From Geodia barretti (taxonomy: Eukaryota): a DNA stretch of 64,000 nucleotides. Location of the stretch: assembly GCA_030341885.1 (NCBI GenBank), contig CASHTH010000349.1:1-64000 (forward strand), written 5' to 3'. Below are positions 36,997 through 49,607 of this stretch, in pieces. A program made the position numbers and the translations under genes. Below the pieces are notes generated by a model. The model did not search any database, was not told the origin of the DNA, and saw nothing but the letters and a program-made list of their open reading frames with translations. Within the stretch, counting starts at the first letter, position 1; every line of letters begins with the position of its first letter.

Positions 36997-37550
36997 GCTG
37001 GCGGCTCTCTCTTTCTCTGCTATATACCGGTTTACTGGCCTGTTACAAACTAAAGTCGAAAAAAGAAGAAGTGACCGTCAGCGCACGTGATTTAACTCGC
37101 ACACTCGCGAGGAGAACGAGGGCACCCTCGTTGACCGTGCACCGGGGAAAATGGCGACTTGAAAACTCGTCCTTTCTCTCCCAGACAGCTATATTCCCAG
37201 CTCCACAGCGTCCCCTGAGACTGGAAAGGTGAGCGCAATCAGTCGGAGCCCGAGCGTACACTTCTGTAGCCGTCCGCAAGAATGTGTTGTTGCTAATTTG
37301 CAACCTAACGAGGCCCTAATTAGCAGCGGCCGTTTGTAACCCACCCTTTGGCGTTCTGGAAACTCCAGAGAACTTCTCTCTCGCTCTCCCGGCGTTTTGC
37401 AGGTAGCGTGGCACCTGGAAGGAGGCGCGCAGGCATAGCAGTCAACTACTGGTATCTCTGCGACACTGTGAGTGTAGTTTTCAGCGAGGAAGAAGGAGGG
37501 CGGTGTTGGCTCGCTCACTCGCCGGGCAGCAGAGACTGAGAGCAGGAAAT
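36997..37550. promoter_or_regulatory. Bidirectional promoter region OSTF1 (-) / LRRK (+); E-box CACGTG at 37084-37089
   Basis: Head-to-head ATGs 36996 (-) and 37551 (+). Confidence 0.4.
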
Positions 37551-40500
37551 ATGGACAGAATGGAGTCAGGGGATGACGGTGAGCCGCGGAACACACTCTA
37601 TTCTAGCCCTCGCATTCTGTACACCTGCAGCTCTACATTGTAGCCTAGCTGATACCCTAGTCTTCTCAGGTGTATCCATGGGCTTCTTGCTGACACTCCC
37701 ATTCCCTCCATTCTCCCCCTCTCTTGTCCTCTTCCGTGTGTAGACGTGGCCAGCAGTGTGTTCTCCATGTGTACAAGTGGAGATGCGAAGTCCCTGAAAG
37801 CCCTCTACCTCCGGGAGCCCTACGTCACATCAATCATACAACAGACCCATAAAGGCGAGCCCAGCTCCAAGAGGATCGCGGAGAAGACTCTGTATGCCTC
37901 GGCTCTGCGGGGCCACTACGAGACAACTCAGTTTCTTCTGGAGAAAGGAGCTAATCCTAATGCCTCCACGGCGCTCGGCACGCCCATTTACGCAGCTGTC
38001 AAAAGCGGTAGCCTGGAGATGGTCAAACTCCTGATAAAGTACGACGCAAACTACAGAATAAAGGGAGGTTTCAGTCCCGTCTACATTGCCTGCATCGAAG
38101 GAAAACTCCCGATCCTCAAATACCTCGTCAACATTGGAGCGGATCTGTTCTCGTTTGACAACCCCCCGCTAGTCTTCACGGCGTGCTCCGCAGGGAAACT
38201 GGACGTTCTCAATTACCTCATGGATGAGATGGATTACGACATCCACCGCACCATGCACGGCGAAGACGCTCTACGAACGGACGGAAGGGACACTCTGCTC
38301 TACACGGCTTGTCAGAGAGGGAAAACGGACGTGGCACAGTACCTGATGTCCCAAGGAGCCTACATCACGCAAACCATCACCAACACATTCCCTCAGATCA
38401 TAAAGGCTCTACTGAGGGACAAGTTCCGAGCGGTTGGTAAACCGGACCCGATCCAGTTGTACCAGGCGAGGCTGAAGGAGATGGGGCTGGCGGAGATTCC
38501 GTGGGGTGTGCTGGCCGACTACACCCCCTGCCTCACTCGCCTCGAGTTGAGGTCAAACTACCTGACCTCTCTCCCCGACAAGATATTCCAGCTCCCGGCT
38601 CTGAAGAACCTGGATATCTCTCACAACAGACTGCCGGAGGTGTGTCAGGAGGACGTGCTGTGGGAGTGCCGCAGGTACAGTGGCTGACTCTCTCTCTTCT
38701 CTTCCTCTTCTGTTCTTCCTCACTTCCTCTCCCTCTCTTCTCACACACACCAGTGGGGAAAACACCACACTATCATTGCTTGGTACTACACTTAACATAA
38801 CAAATCAAGATTATGATAATAATATAGAGGTGGAACTGTTGTTGGCATTTTCACCATCTCCAAGACTGTTTGCTCATTCCACCCCCCTCTACTCTCTCTC
38901 TCTCTCTCTCTCTCCCCACAGTCTGACAGATTTCGATGCCTCTCACAACCAAATCACCTACGTACCCAGCGGGCTGTTCCAAGTGCCTCAACTGACAAAC
39001 GTACAACTCTCGTACAACCTTCTCTCCCATCTCCCTGGTGACCCTGATGACCCCAGCGCTCAAACCAGCACCGGTACATATTATACTGCCCCACATCTTT
39101 CCGTTTAATATCAACACCCTTCATTTTTATTACCCTGGAAGATTGGACAAAGGGGTGAATTTTGCCACACCTCAATTACTACTATATACCCCTGTTGGAA
39201 TTAACGGAATTTAATTGTATGTATACCCTTTGCCCCTCCTGTTCTTTTGGACTTGTCTTTTCTCAGTTCTACTCAGTTACACTCAAACATGTATCGATCT
39301 TCCCCCCGCTGGCTATATCTCCCCCTCCCAGGTCTCCCAGCAGACATCAAGTGGGTATGTGAGAAGATGAAACGACTGGACCTCTCCCACAATCGTCTCC
39401 ACAGCCTACCTGACACATTCACCGACCTCCGGAGACTCAATGTCCTCATGCTCTCCCACAACTCCCTCAAAGAACTCCCTCCCTCCTGCTCCTGGGGGTG
39501 TATCAACCTGGTGAGTCTGTCACATGACTACCACGTGACCATCACGTGATTAATGATATTCATATAGCCTCTCTGCATTGCTTATTGTGAGTGTGTGAAT
39601 TCGCCACTCCAGGTCCAGTTGGACTGCACAATGAACCAGCTGACAGATCTACCAATAGGGTGTGCCAATAGCTGGATGCATTCTCTGGAGAGACTGCACC
39701 TGGCTCACAACCGGTTTAGCCAGATCAGCAGGAATATCACGGAGCTGATGCACCTGACTGTCCTCGATCTCTCGCACAACCAGATCTCCTCTCTACCTCC
39801 CGTGAGAACCGTTCTTACTTGAAGCTCCTCTTCTCTCTATTCTCTCTCTGTAGTGCATTACTTACATATGCCAACTTGCAAAACTGAACGAATGAAAAGC
39901 ACTAAAATGCAAACCCTCGGCACACTCTAGAGAAATGTGGAACCCATACACAAGTGTGGCACCACCACAATTGATGGTCTTGACCATGCATCAAAAAGAA
40001 CAGCATGTTATGCACCATTTCCATGGATTAATACCAATAGGTTGAAAAAAAATGGGTAGCCCTATATCTGTTTGAGGGCAAAAAAATATATAAGGTTGAA
40101 AAATTGCCAACCTTCATCTCTCTATTAAATTTCGTATTACCCGTGGATTGTTTAGTGCAACCAAAAAATGTAAAAAAAACCCAAGGTTGAAAAAAAATTG
40201 TACAAAAAAAACAAACGCCCAGCCCTTCATCTCTCCAGACAGACGTCTACGGACGCAGTGCTATGCCGAACTGTACGCTGCCCTTTGAGAAACGTGGGTC
40301 AGTGGTAGATTTGTGGGTAAGGGGAGGAACCAGAGCTGTTCCCAGCCAATGCTCTGGACCACCTGACATTTTAGTGCAGGATCGAGGATTCGAACCGGGC
40401 ACCTATGGTGTCAGTCCCCACGACTCTAACCACCTAGCCACTCAGCCACTCTGGCTGGCCTTGAGAGGTGATGAAAAAACGTTCCACTTATACCAACAGC

Positions 40501-43500
40501 GAACACTCCTATATATTACATCATTGTAAAAAAGGCGCACACCCCCGGGATCGAACCAGGGACCTCACGATCAAGAGAGGGGGTGCTTATCCATCAGACC
40601 CCACCCATTACTTGATCGAATGGGGGAACAGAAAAGAAGTGAAGTGCAAACCCTTGGCGCACTGTGACGCGCGCGCGTAAGTAAACGCATGCGCCGTACC
40701 ACTAATTGGTGGGCTGGATTTAGTTTTTAGCTGTTACTCGTGGTCTCTTGCCAGCTCGCGCAGAGTCTGACGCGGGCTAACTACACTACTAGATAGCACG
40801 CGAGAGGCGATACACGCCCTGCGTTGCATCTTCTGGTGCCTCCGAGGTACGCAGAGCACGCGGATCGATCATGCCGTAGAAAGCCGTTGTGTATTTGCAT
40901 ATTGGCTTTTTCCTGCTCTAGCTTAGCAACGGAGCGTTTTCAGAGAAAACCGCCTTTATTTTCTGACCTTCGTCGCCCGTTGGGTAGATGGTATCGTTTC
41001 TGGGACGAACAGACGTTCCAGGACAGACAAACAAACAAACAGACAGACAGACCCAACTACTGTACCCTCGCTGCGCATGCGCGCCGAGGGTAAAAACTAA
41101 ACAGCACACACGCAGAACCAGCCTGTTAACACCTATATTTCCACTTGTCCTCTTCCTCCCTCCCTGCCTCCTCCAGACGTCCTGGTGGTCTGTCAGTCGA
41201 CTGATGAAACTCCAGCTGAGCCACAATAGACTGGAGGTGCTGAGTCACAAGAACGACCAGGAGAAGGAGAGGGCAGCTTCTGATAATGACCGCAGATCCA
41301 CTGCATTTAGGTGTCTCTCCTAGTATATATGTACTCAGAATCTATTGATATTTCGTACTGTAGAACTAAAACTTTTGTGGAATGTGTATCATTTCGTAAT
41401 TCACTTCGTGTGTATTAAACGATGCCCCAAATCTAATCTCTAACTTTCTCTCTCTCCCCTCTCTCTCTCTCTCTGCCCTCACCATCTCTCCTCACTGCAG
41501 AGTGTTTGATGCCTTCAGAGGACGGCCCCAGCACCAGGCGGCCTCTCCGGAGCCCGCCTCCAGCGAGGCAGCCGACACTCAGCCTCGCGAGCTCCCCGCA
41601 GAGCTCTGGTCCTCCTCGCTGCAGAGCCTCTATCTCCATAGCAACAGACTCAAGTGGTTGCCAGGCTACCTGGGGAAGCTGGGAGCTCTTACCAGACTGG
41701 ATATCAGCAGGTATATACTCTACACTGGGGCATACCTCTCTCTCCTCTCCCCTAAAACTGACAACTATAGAATTTCTGATTTTTTTCAATCGTGAAGGTA
41801 TTTTCCTTGAAAACTTTGGTCTTACTACGCTTGCCGGCTGACTGCATTCGCAAAACTTTTTCGTGAAAAATATTACGTGATTTTCAAAACGTGTGTTAGT
41901 GCTCACCCCTCTCTCTCCCCATTCCTGCAGTAACCCAGAGCTGAAGACTCTTCCTCTCAGTCTCGGTCGACTGCACAACTGCTGGGAGCTGACTCTCCAC
42001 GGCCTCACGCTCACAAACGTCCCCCACCACCTCCTCCCGGGGGTCAGAGGTGGCTCCGCCAAACGACTCCTTGCGTACCTCCGCGCACAGCTGCGTCACT
42101 GTGAACCGTACAACAGGATGAAGCTGATGGTGGTCGGTCTCCAGGGGAGAGGGAAGACGACTCTGCTCTCTGTGTTGCGAAATCCGACGGCTCCGTTGCC
42201 AGACAACGTGTCGACGGTGGGTGTGGAGGTCGTGGAGTGGTCTCTGTCTCCTCCGGCACACGTTCTCCGAGGAGTCAGGAAGAACCAGCCGCTGCAGAGG
42301 GTACGGTGAACGAGAGGGAGGGCAGGAGTCGTTTTTCCATACGTGCGATATGTAGTATACACTGTTTATTGCCTAAACAGGCTGTCACCATTGGTGCATC
42401 TATCCACAAAATTTTTTGCGAATTTAGTGATTTGAACCACGAAACCGCCCACTTTTCCAGTTGTAGTGCAGTTGTCTATCTATTATTATTCCCCCAGCAT
42501 CAGATGGACATAGTGTTCTCGACGTGGGACCTTGCAGGTCAGGAGGTGTACTATGCCACCCACCAGTGCTTTCTCTCTCGTAACACTCTCTATCTGGTGG
42601 TGTGGAGCATGGAGGAGGGGGAGAAAGGGATTGAGTACCTGCGACCGTGGCTCCTCAACATTCAGGTACATATGCAGGATGGACACGGAGCATTGAAGGC
42701 ACGCTGTGGTATGCACATGAATCGTTTGCTTTGCCGTTGCCTCGCTACCTCGTAGTCAACACATACGTACACATTCAACACTATTGGAAAAACTGCACTT
42801 GGAACTAAACTGTAAGTATAGATCAATAGAACTGTGTCTTTTTACGTTTGAGAAAATCGGAGTCCAACTGACACATTGGACTCTACATACAACATAGAAC
42901 TGAAATGTAAGACTTATGTAGTCATTTCTTGTAACGTACCCCTACAGGCTAGGGCGCCCCATTCTCCAGTCCTGATAGTTGGCACCCACCTCGACAAGCT
43001 CCACTTCAACAGAGCCCAGGACCTGAAACAGAAGTACAAGGAGAAGATCAAGAGTCTCTACGGAAAGGCCGGCTTCCCAAGCCTCTCTGCGTGAGTCTAG
43101 TGGGTGTGGTCTCGTTTCCTGACGATCTCTCTCTCTCTCTCTGCCTCTCTATAAAGGATAATGTTTGTGGCGTCCACAACCCAGGAGGGTATGAAGGAGT
43201 TGCAGGAGAGGATCCACCATGCCGCCATATCTGCCATTGATCACGACACCAGAGACCCCATCATCGGCATGCAGGTCCATTACATACATACTCTATACTC
43301 TATACATACAGGTTCATACTAGTACATACACAACACAAAAAAAGAGATGGAAAAGATCTCAGCTATACATCATTTGATCCCTCCCCCCCAGGTCCCCGCC
43401 AGCTACATCAACCTCCAGAGACTCATCTCGGAGGAGGTGAGGAGCTGTCATGAAAAGGGGATTCCCCCTGTCCTCAGTCAGAAGGAGTTTGCAGCTCTGG

Positions 43501-46500
43501 CGGACCGCATGCCTGACTCCGACATATCTGACCCCGAGGAACTCTCTCTTGGTGAGAAGACCTGCCCCCCTTTTCTTTCCTCTCTCTCCTCTGTTTTCAA
43601 CATTTCTCTACTCTTGGCTCTAATGTTCTCTTGATACATTTCATTTACTGTATTCTCCCCCCTCCCCTCCCCCTAGCTGCCCAGTTTCTCCATGACAATG
43701 GTGTTCTCCTCCACTACAACGATCATCTCCGAGGTCTGAACAACCTCTACTTCATCGACCCGGTCTGGCTCGCCGACCTCCTCGCAGAGGTCGTCACCGT
43801 ACCCCAGCGACAGAACTTTGTCCACAACGGAATCCTGAAGGAGTCAAACGTTGCCTTCATCTTCCACGACAGCCGTCGGTTCCCCAGCAAGTATTTCGCA
43901 CAGTACCTCCAGCTTTTGGAGAGGTTTGAAATTGCTCTGTCTCTTGGCAACAACCAGCGACTCATTCCCAGCATGCTCCCGATGGAACGCCCGGCTATAA
44001 ACTTCACTGACCCCCCGACTCCCGAACCCCCAGCCGTCGATGCTGAAGCCGTTAAAGTAACGCAGCGCAGCGCAATACGAGCGACGCTCACCGGTAGCAA
44101 GCCGCCAGAGGACAACCTGCGAGTGATGTCAGATCCTGTGAACTGTATCCGTCGACGCTACAAGATGGCGTACACCCCCAGTGGGTTCTGGAGCCGGCTC
44201 ATTTCTCGTCTCATCATAAACCTGAGGAGGTCGGGTTTGATGGAGGAGCAGGCTACGGTGACACAGAGCAGCAGCGCGCCAATCATCTACTGGAGGAGAG
44301 GGATAGTGGTGATCCACTCTGGAGGAAGGTTCATTGTGGAGTCTATTCAGACCGCTGGACATCGTGAGTACCCAACACTAGTGGTTTCTTAAAACACTGG
44401 GTGAATACTATTATCAGAAACTATGTTCATACTTAGACAGAGAGTAGTAAGAGCTACACACAATTTACTAGTCTTAGTGTAAGAGCTACACACAATTTAC
44501 TAGTCTTAGTGTAAGAGCTACACACAATTTACTAGTCTTAGTGTAAGAGCTACACGCAATTTACTAGTCTTAGTGTAAGAGCTACACACAATTTACTAGT
44601 CTTAGTGTAAGAGCTGTACACGCAATTTACTAGTCTCAAATTTTCAGCTCTTGATTGACTTTACAGTAATATTATGTGCTATTTTTAGCTCTCGCATTGC
44701 GTTTCTGCTGCAATTTTACAATTGTTTTTTCTAATACACCAGCCCTATGTGAACCACTGACTGTGATTGCCTAGACGAGGGTCTGGTATTTGAGATGATG
44801 TAATGTGAATTGTCCTCTATATATAGCAGCAGTGATGGGTACGCAGGACATGGAGGCCAGTGCCAAGTTCGTGGGGGAGGGGGTGGACCTGAACATCGGT
44901 CTCCAGGGTGTCGACATCACCGTGTGGTCGTTCAACGGAGATTTCTCCGCCATGGGTTACGTGGTCGACCATCTTGACTCTCTCATCGACGAGTGGTTCC
45001 CTGGTGAGGTCTGGGGGCTAGAAATACGCTGCATGTTCGCATGTCTTCTCATAATAGTATCCTTTGAGATTTGGGAGCGTTTAGTGACTTGTGGCTAATT
45101 CTGGTGGGCTGTATTTGTCACTCTCAAACTGAATTTGCCACATGTACAGTAAAGCCAGAGACAGGAAGGCTTCAGTTTGCATTGGATTTGTCAGTTACTT
45201 GTTCAAGTTCTTAGTGACTGGGTGTGGTGTGTGTTGTGTGTGCAGGTCTGAATGACCTTGACGTGGAGGGAGAGTGGCTGGTGCAGAGACAGGTGCTGTG
45301 GAAGGTCCCTGGTGAGCTGCTGCAGAGCAGGCTGGCCACAAGAGCAGGTCTCGCAGGGAGCAATGGAGTCTGTTTCCTGACGGGGAACAGGAGGAGGTGA
45401 GGGACAGACAGACAGACTCTCCCTCTTTCTCTATCTCACTCGAGTGCTGTCCAGTGTAGTATGTGGCACTGCGAGATACAGTGAAAGAAGACACTTTGGG
45501 GACATCAATAAATGTAGGGGAGTCCTGAGTATTGAGCAGAACCAAGTAGACCTTTATTGGGAGGGTCCTTTTTCAAATGCGTCACTGTCTCCCTCCTCCC
45601 CCCGCATCTCCTCAGTTGGTGACGTTCCAGGTTGACACCTGTGCAGCAGAGGCTCTAATTGGAGATACCATCATCTGTCGAGAGTACAACGTTCGTGTTC
45701 CTCTCCGCCATCTCGTGCCGGACCTCCTCCTCACTGACCTGCCAGCCGACCTCCAGATCGATCAGTCACAGCTGGAGTACAACCCCAGGGACCCCGCCAC
45801 TCGTCTCGGCCGTGGGGGAGCAGGTGGGCGGGGCTTAGAGTGAGACCACTCCCACCACTACATGTATTATTCTCCCAAAACAGGGGCGGTGTACAAGGGA
45901 AAATACCGAAGACAGATAGTAGCAGTGAAGGAGTTCCTCACTGCAGAGCAGGTGGGTGTGGCCAAACTTTGACCCCTGTGCAATCGTAAGCCCCGCCCTC
46001 CTCACAGGCGGAGCACACGGGAGAGACTGATATGGTGCAGAGGTCGCTGGTCACTGAGGAAGACGTGATCACGTCAGGGGAGGCCCTCTTCATGTTCCGC
46101 GACCTTAGGCAAGAGGTCACGGTTCTTGCTCAGCTGGATCATCCCTACATCGTGGCCCTACTCGGTCAGTCACTCTCACACTTTAAAAAAGCTGTGGGAT
46201 TACATTAGATCTGAGAAAAAGTTTTTCCACAAAAATTTTACCTCATTTTTAATGTGGCATTTGTTTAGTGTGGCCTGAGCTTGCACCACATCTATGTGCG
46301 TTTTTCCTTGAAAAGCTCTCGGCTATAATCAATGCATTTTTCAGAGGGTAAAGTTCAGCTGATAGTGACGAGTGTCTATATTTGCAGGAGTGTCCATCCA
46401 CCCAATGTGTATGGTGATAGAGCTGGCACCCATGGGGAGCCTGTTTGGAATACTGGACAAACAGGTTGAGCAGTTCCGGGCGGCCCAGGAGGACAGAGCG

Positions 46501-47903
46501 TCTGCACTTCTGAGGATGCCGGGCGGAGTCCTTGGACATGAGATTTCCACGAGAACCGCTCTCCAAGTGAGTCCTCTTCCTGTCTCCCATTGCTTGTGGT
46601 ACACATGACCTTCATTCTTGGAATGAGGTCCAGTAGTAAAGATGTGACAATCAGGGGCCCAATTTTGAAATATTCTAGAATAGCTTACGAGCAAGATGAG
46701 AAACATTTTCGCAGTCAGTAGCTACAATTTGTGTTCTAGACGAGTTACGTAAGACTCCATTACGTGACAGGTTGCGCTTGGCTCTGCGCTATCTCCATGG
46801 TCACGGGGTGGTGTACCGAGATCTTAAGTCAGACAACGTTCTGGTCTGGTCTCTGGACCCCAATGATGTCATCAACGTGAAGCTTGCCGACTACGGGATC
46901 TCCCGGTTTGCCAACCCCGGCGGAGTAAAGGGGGAGGAGGGTACTCCGGGGTACCTCGCCCCCGAGGCCATCCGTCGCCGTGGGGAGGACCAGGCATTCG
47001 ACGAGAAGGTGTGCATCATTTAGAACAAACCTGAAACAATCAACAGTGTGTAATTCTCTCACAGGTTGACATATTCTCCTACTGCCATGCTCCTGTTTGA
47101 GCTGCTGACTGGCCAGAGACCGTTCGAATCACTCACCACTACTCAGGAACTCAACAAAGCTGTCTCCCAGGGCGACCGCCCGCTGGTTGCCGAGGGCAAC
47201 CTAGACCCGGCGTTCCCTGGAATGCTGGACCTGATGTATGACTGTTGGAAACAGTCTGCGATGGAGAGACCCAGCGCCTCCGAGGTAAGCCTGCTGCGTC
47301 TGAGACCACACCCACTAATCCCTTGACCACACCCACCTATCCCAGGTGGTTCTGAGAGTGTGTGAGCCGGGCTTCGTGTGTCGTAAGCACACCATCACCA
47401 AAAGTAAGGACCACCCTCTCCAGAAGATTGATACCATATACGCCAGACCCATCTTTGCCGACGATTTGAAAAAGAGCTACCAGGTCTGGACCTGGGCTCG
47501 TCAGGACACTGAGAGGTGAGGTCGACTTTTTCTATTTTAGATGTGTTACTATTTTTAGTGATGATGTCATTGTAGGAATTTCAGCATCATTGACGCGAGG
47601 AAGGGAGTGTACAATCTTCCGGAGAAGAGTGCTCCAGGTGGGCGGGTGTACGCCATGACGGCCACTGGAGAGGTCGAGAAGAGGATTTGGATCGGGACTT
47701 CGGTCAGTAGTTGGAGGGAGGGGAGGGAGGGGAGGGAGGAGAATTGTGTGTTTATGGCGAGAGACGTGTAGTTTACTGCCTGAAACTGTGTTTTGAGAAA
47801 GTGGTCACGTCACTCATAGTACATACATGTAATTGTAAACCACTAAGATCAAGTCAAGTCAACAATGACGAAACTCACCCCATTGTCATGTCACATTACG
47901 GTG

Positions 47904-47940
<37 letters not shown>

Positions 47941-49474
47941 GCGTTGTAGGACTGTGAGATACAAGTGTACGGATATCGCAATGTGGGAGACCCTCAGTGC
48001 CTCTGGACGTTCCTCATGAAGGACTCTGTTCTCTCACTCAGTACTCAGCTGGAAGGAGGCAGGGTACGTCGTTTCCTGCGTTCATTGCACACTTTTAGAG
48101 GAACTTGCAATTAAAATAATTGATCCTTTTGTACAAACACAAATCAAGGTCACAATTTTGAATGGTTTAAAGCTCTTGAAAAAATTTTCAATCTACAAAA
48201 TGTAATGTAGTACTGCCATGTCTATCTGTTGTTGGCAGGTGAAGAGGGTGTTTGCATCTCTGGCCAACGGTACCCTGTGTGTGTTCTCACGAACCAGCAC
48301 CAGTCTAGACCCCGCCGCGGCAACCGTTCCCGTCGGCGACGCCAAACTCATCCCCGAGGCCTGCACCATCAAATGCGAAGACGAGAAGTACAAACAGGAG
48401 GCAGAGGATTGGGCTGACCCTCTCGTTTTGAAGCTTGACGAGCGAAACAAGTCGGCCAAGTGCATGGTGTTTGTTGGTCGCGACAAGCTGTGGTGTGGCT
48501 GTGGAAACACCATTACCGTCGTCGACATCGTAAACATGATGGTAGATCATAACATCCCAGTGTTCGTAAAGAGGATGGCCCTGGTGAACGAGCTCGTTTC
48601 GAACGGAATCAAGGTGTGGGGGGTCGGGCGGCAGCTGTCGTGTGTGATGGAGTGGGACGTTGCCTCGTACAAGTTACTCCACGTTTTCAACTGCAGTGAG
48701 ATTGACCAAACTGGGACCAACGTACGGGCTGACCCCTCCCTGATTGAAGACCTTATTGACCCCACTCGCTCCACTGATAAACCAACCGCTAACCCCTCCG
48801 CCTCTGTCGTGCCCGAAGTAAAAATTGAGGAAACAGTGGAGGAATCTTTCAACGTTCATAATGACCCTACCCCCACGTCGAGCCACGCCCCCTTTTCCAC
48901 AATGAGGACTCGACAGACGCTGCGAGTGGTGAAGTCTCGGCCTCGGAGAGCGGCGATGACGAGCCAGCAGCCGTCTGCGTCGCCCAAAGCAGCAAGTCGC
49001 TCGCGTCTCCTCACAGCCAGGAACAGGGTCCTCCGTAAACAGCAGGGGTCGACTCGCACCACCTCTCTGGTTGTGGTTGATAAGACACTGTGGGTGGGAA
49101 GAGGGATGGGCGACGTTCTAGTCATCGATATCACTGAGAACGAAGCGTCTCACGGTACGGTTCTGGCCAGGTTGACAGTTGAAGACAGCGAGAAATACGG
49201 AAATCGATCTCATCACAAGCTGCAGTGCGTTGCTGGAGAGTATGTGGTGTCTTCGCAGTGGCTTGAACCAATCGACTTGCGCCGCGGTAGCAACGCGCCA
49301 CCTGCAGGAGAAGGAGGAGGGTTGCTAGGGCAACTGTCAGACACGCCCCTCGTAACACACCAGGCCATCACCATCTGGGAGGCGTGGAACCAGGATGACA
49401 TCAGGCAGGTGACCAGGCGACGCGATTCCATTCTGGCCCAGGAAATGAGGGAAGAGGAATCAGACGGTGTGTGA
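37551..49474 (+). CDS. LRRK: Leucine-rich repeat kinase (ROCO family; ANK - LRR - Roc GTPase - COR - Ser/Thr kinase - WD40), ~25 exons. Approx. exons: 37551-37578, 37744-38674, 38922-39073, 39332-39510, 39613-39801, 41178-41311, 41501-41710, 41931-42300, 42498-42665, 42948-43090, 43157-43274, 43392-43551, 43677-44363, 44827-45006, ~45245-45398, ~45606-45832, ~45882-45950, ~46005-46168, ~46385-46568, ~46771-47013, ~47061-47288, ~47346-47517, ~47586-47703, ~47949-48064, ~48238-49474
   Basis: ANK: [24 protein letters not shown]...; LRR: [33 protein letters not shown]; Roc: [24 protein letters not shown]...[10 protein letters not shown]...[12 protein letters not shown]; COR: [36 protein letters not shown]...[17 protein letters not shown]; kinase: [18 protein letters not shown]...[14 protein letters not shown]...[16 protein letters not shown]...[11 protein letters not shown] (DYG as in LRRK2)...GTPGYLAPE...VDIFSY; WD40-like C-term to stop TGA 49472-49474. 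All junctions GT-AG. Confidence 0.9.
40260..41110 (-). mobile_element. Repetitive insert in LRRK intron 5 with two degenerate tRNA-derived (SINE-like) modules on the minus strand (~40378-40462 and ~40536-40625; T-arm signatures GGTTCGAATCC / GGTTCGATCCC), a partial tandem duplication, (ACAGACAAAC)n microsatellite 41027-41057 and flanking CGCATGCGC motifs (40685, 41072)
   Basis: Forward gattcgaaccgggcacc and gggatcgaaccagggacc are reverse complements of tRNA T-arms; cloverleaf does not close (acceptor and T stems mismatched), so not called as functional tRNA genes. Confidence 0.4.
44440..44640. repeat. Minisatellite, ~34-nt unit x5 (agagctacacacaatttactagtcttagtgtaag) in LRRK intron 13
   Basis: Five consecutive near-identical units. 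Confidence 0.9.
47890..47945. repeat. (CT)n microsatellite in LRRK intron
   Basis: ctctctctctctctctctctctctgtctct. Confidence 0.8.
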
Positions 49475-49607
49475 AAAACTTTTTACCGTAGAACTGTTTA
49501 GCGTGATATGCCCGACTAAAAATTTTAGATTTTTGTAAAATTTTTTTATTACGCAGTACTTGTACGCATGCGCGTATCGTAACCGCACGCGGTGTGTGTG
49601 TACGAAG
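49475..49607 (+). promoter_or_regulatory. Very short LRRK 3' flank / amnionless promoter with ACGCATGCGCG at 49564-49574
   Basis: Only 133 nt separate LRRK stop from amnionless ATG. Confidence 0.4.

Noticed and set aside
40378-40625. Two functional tRNA genes in LRRK intron 5
   Set aside because: The T-arm boxes are present, but the acceptor and T stems do not pair when folded by hand and no clean cloverleaf was found. Interpreted as tRNA-derived repeat relics pending tRNAscan-SE.
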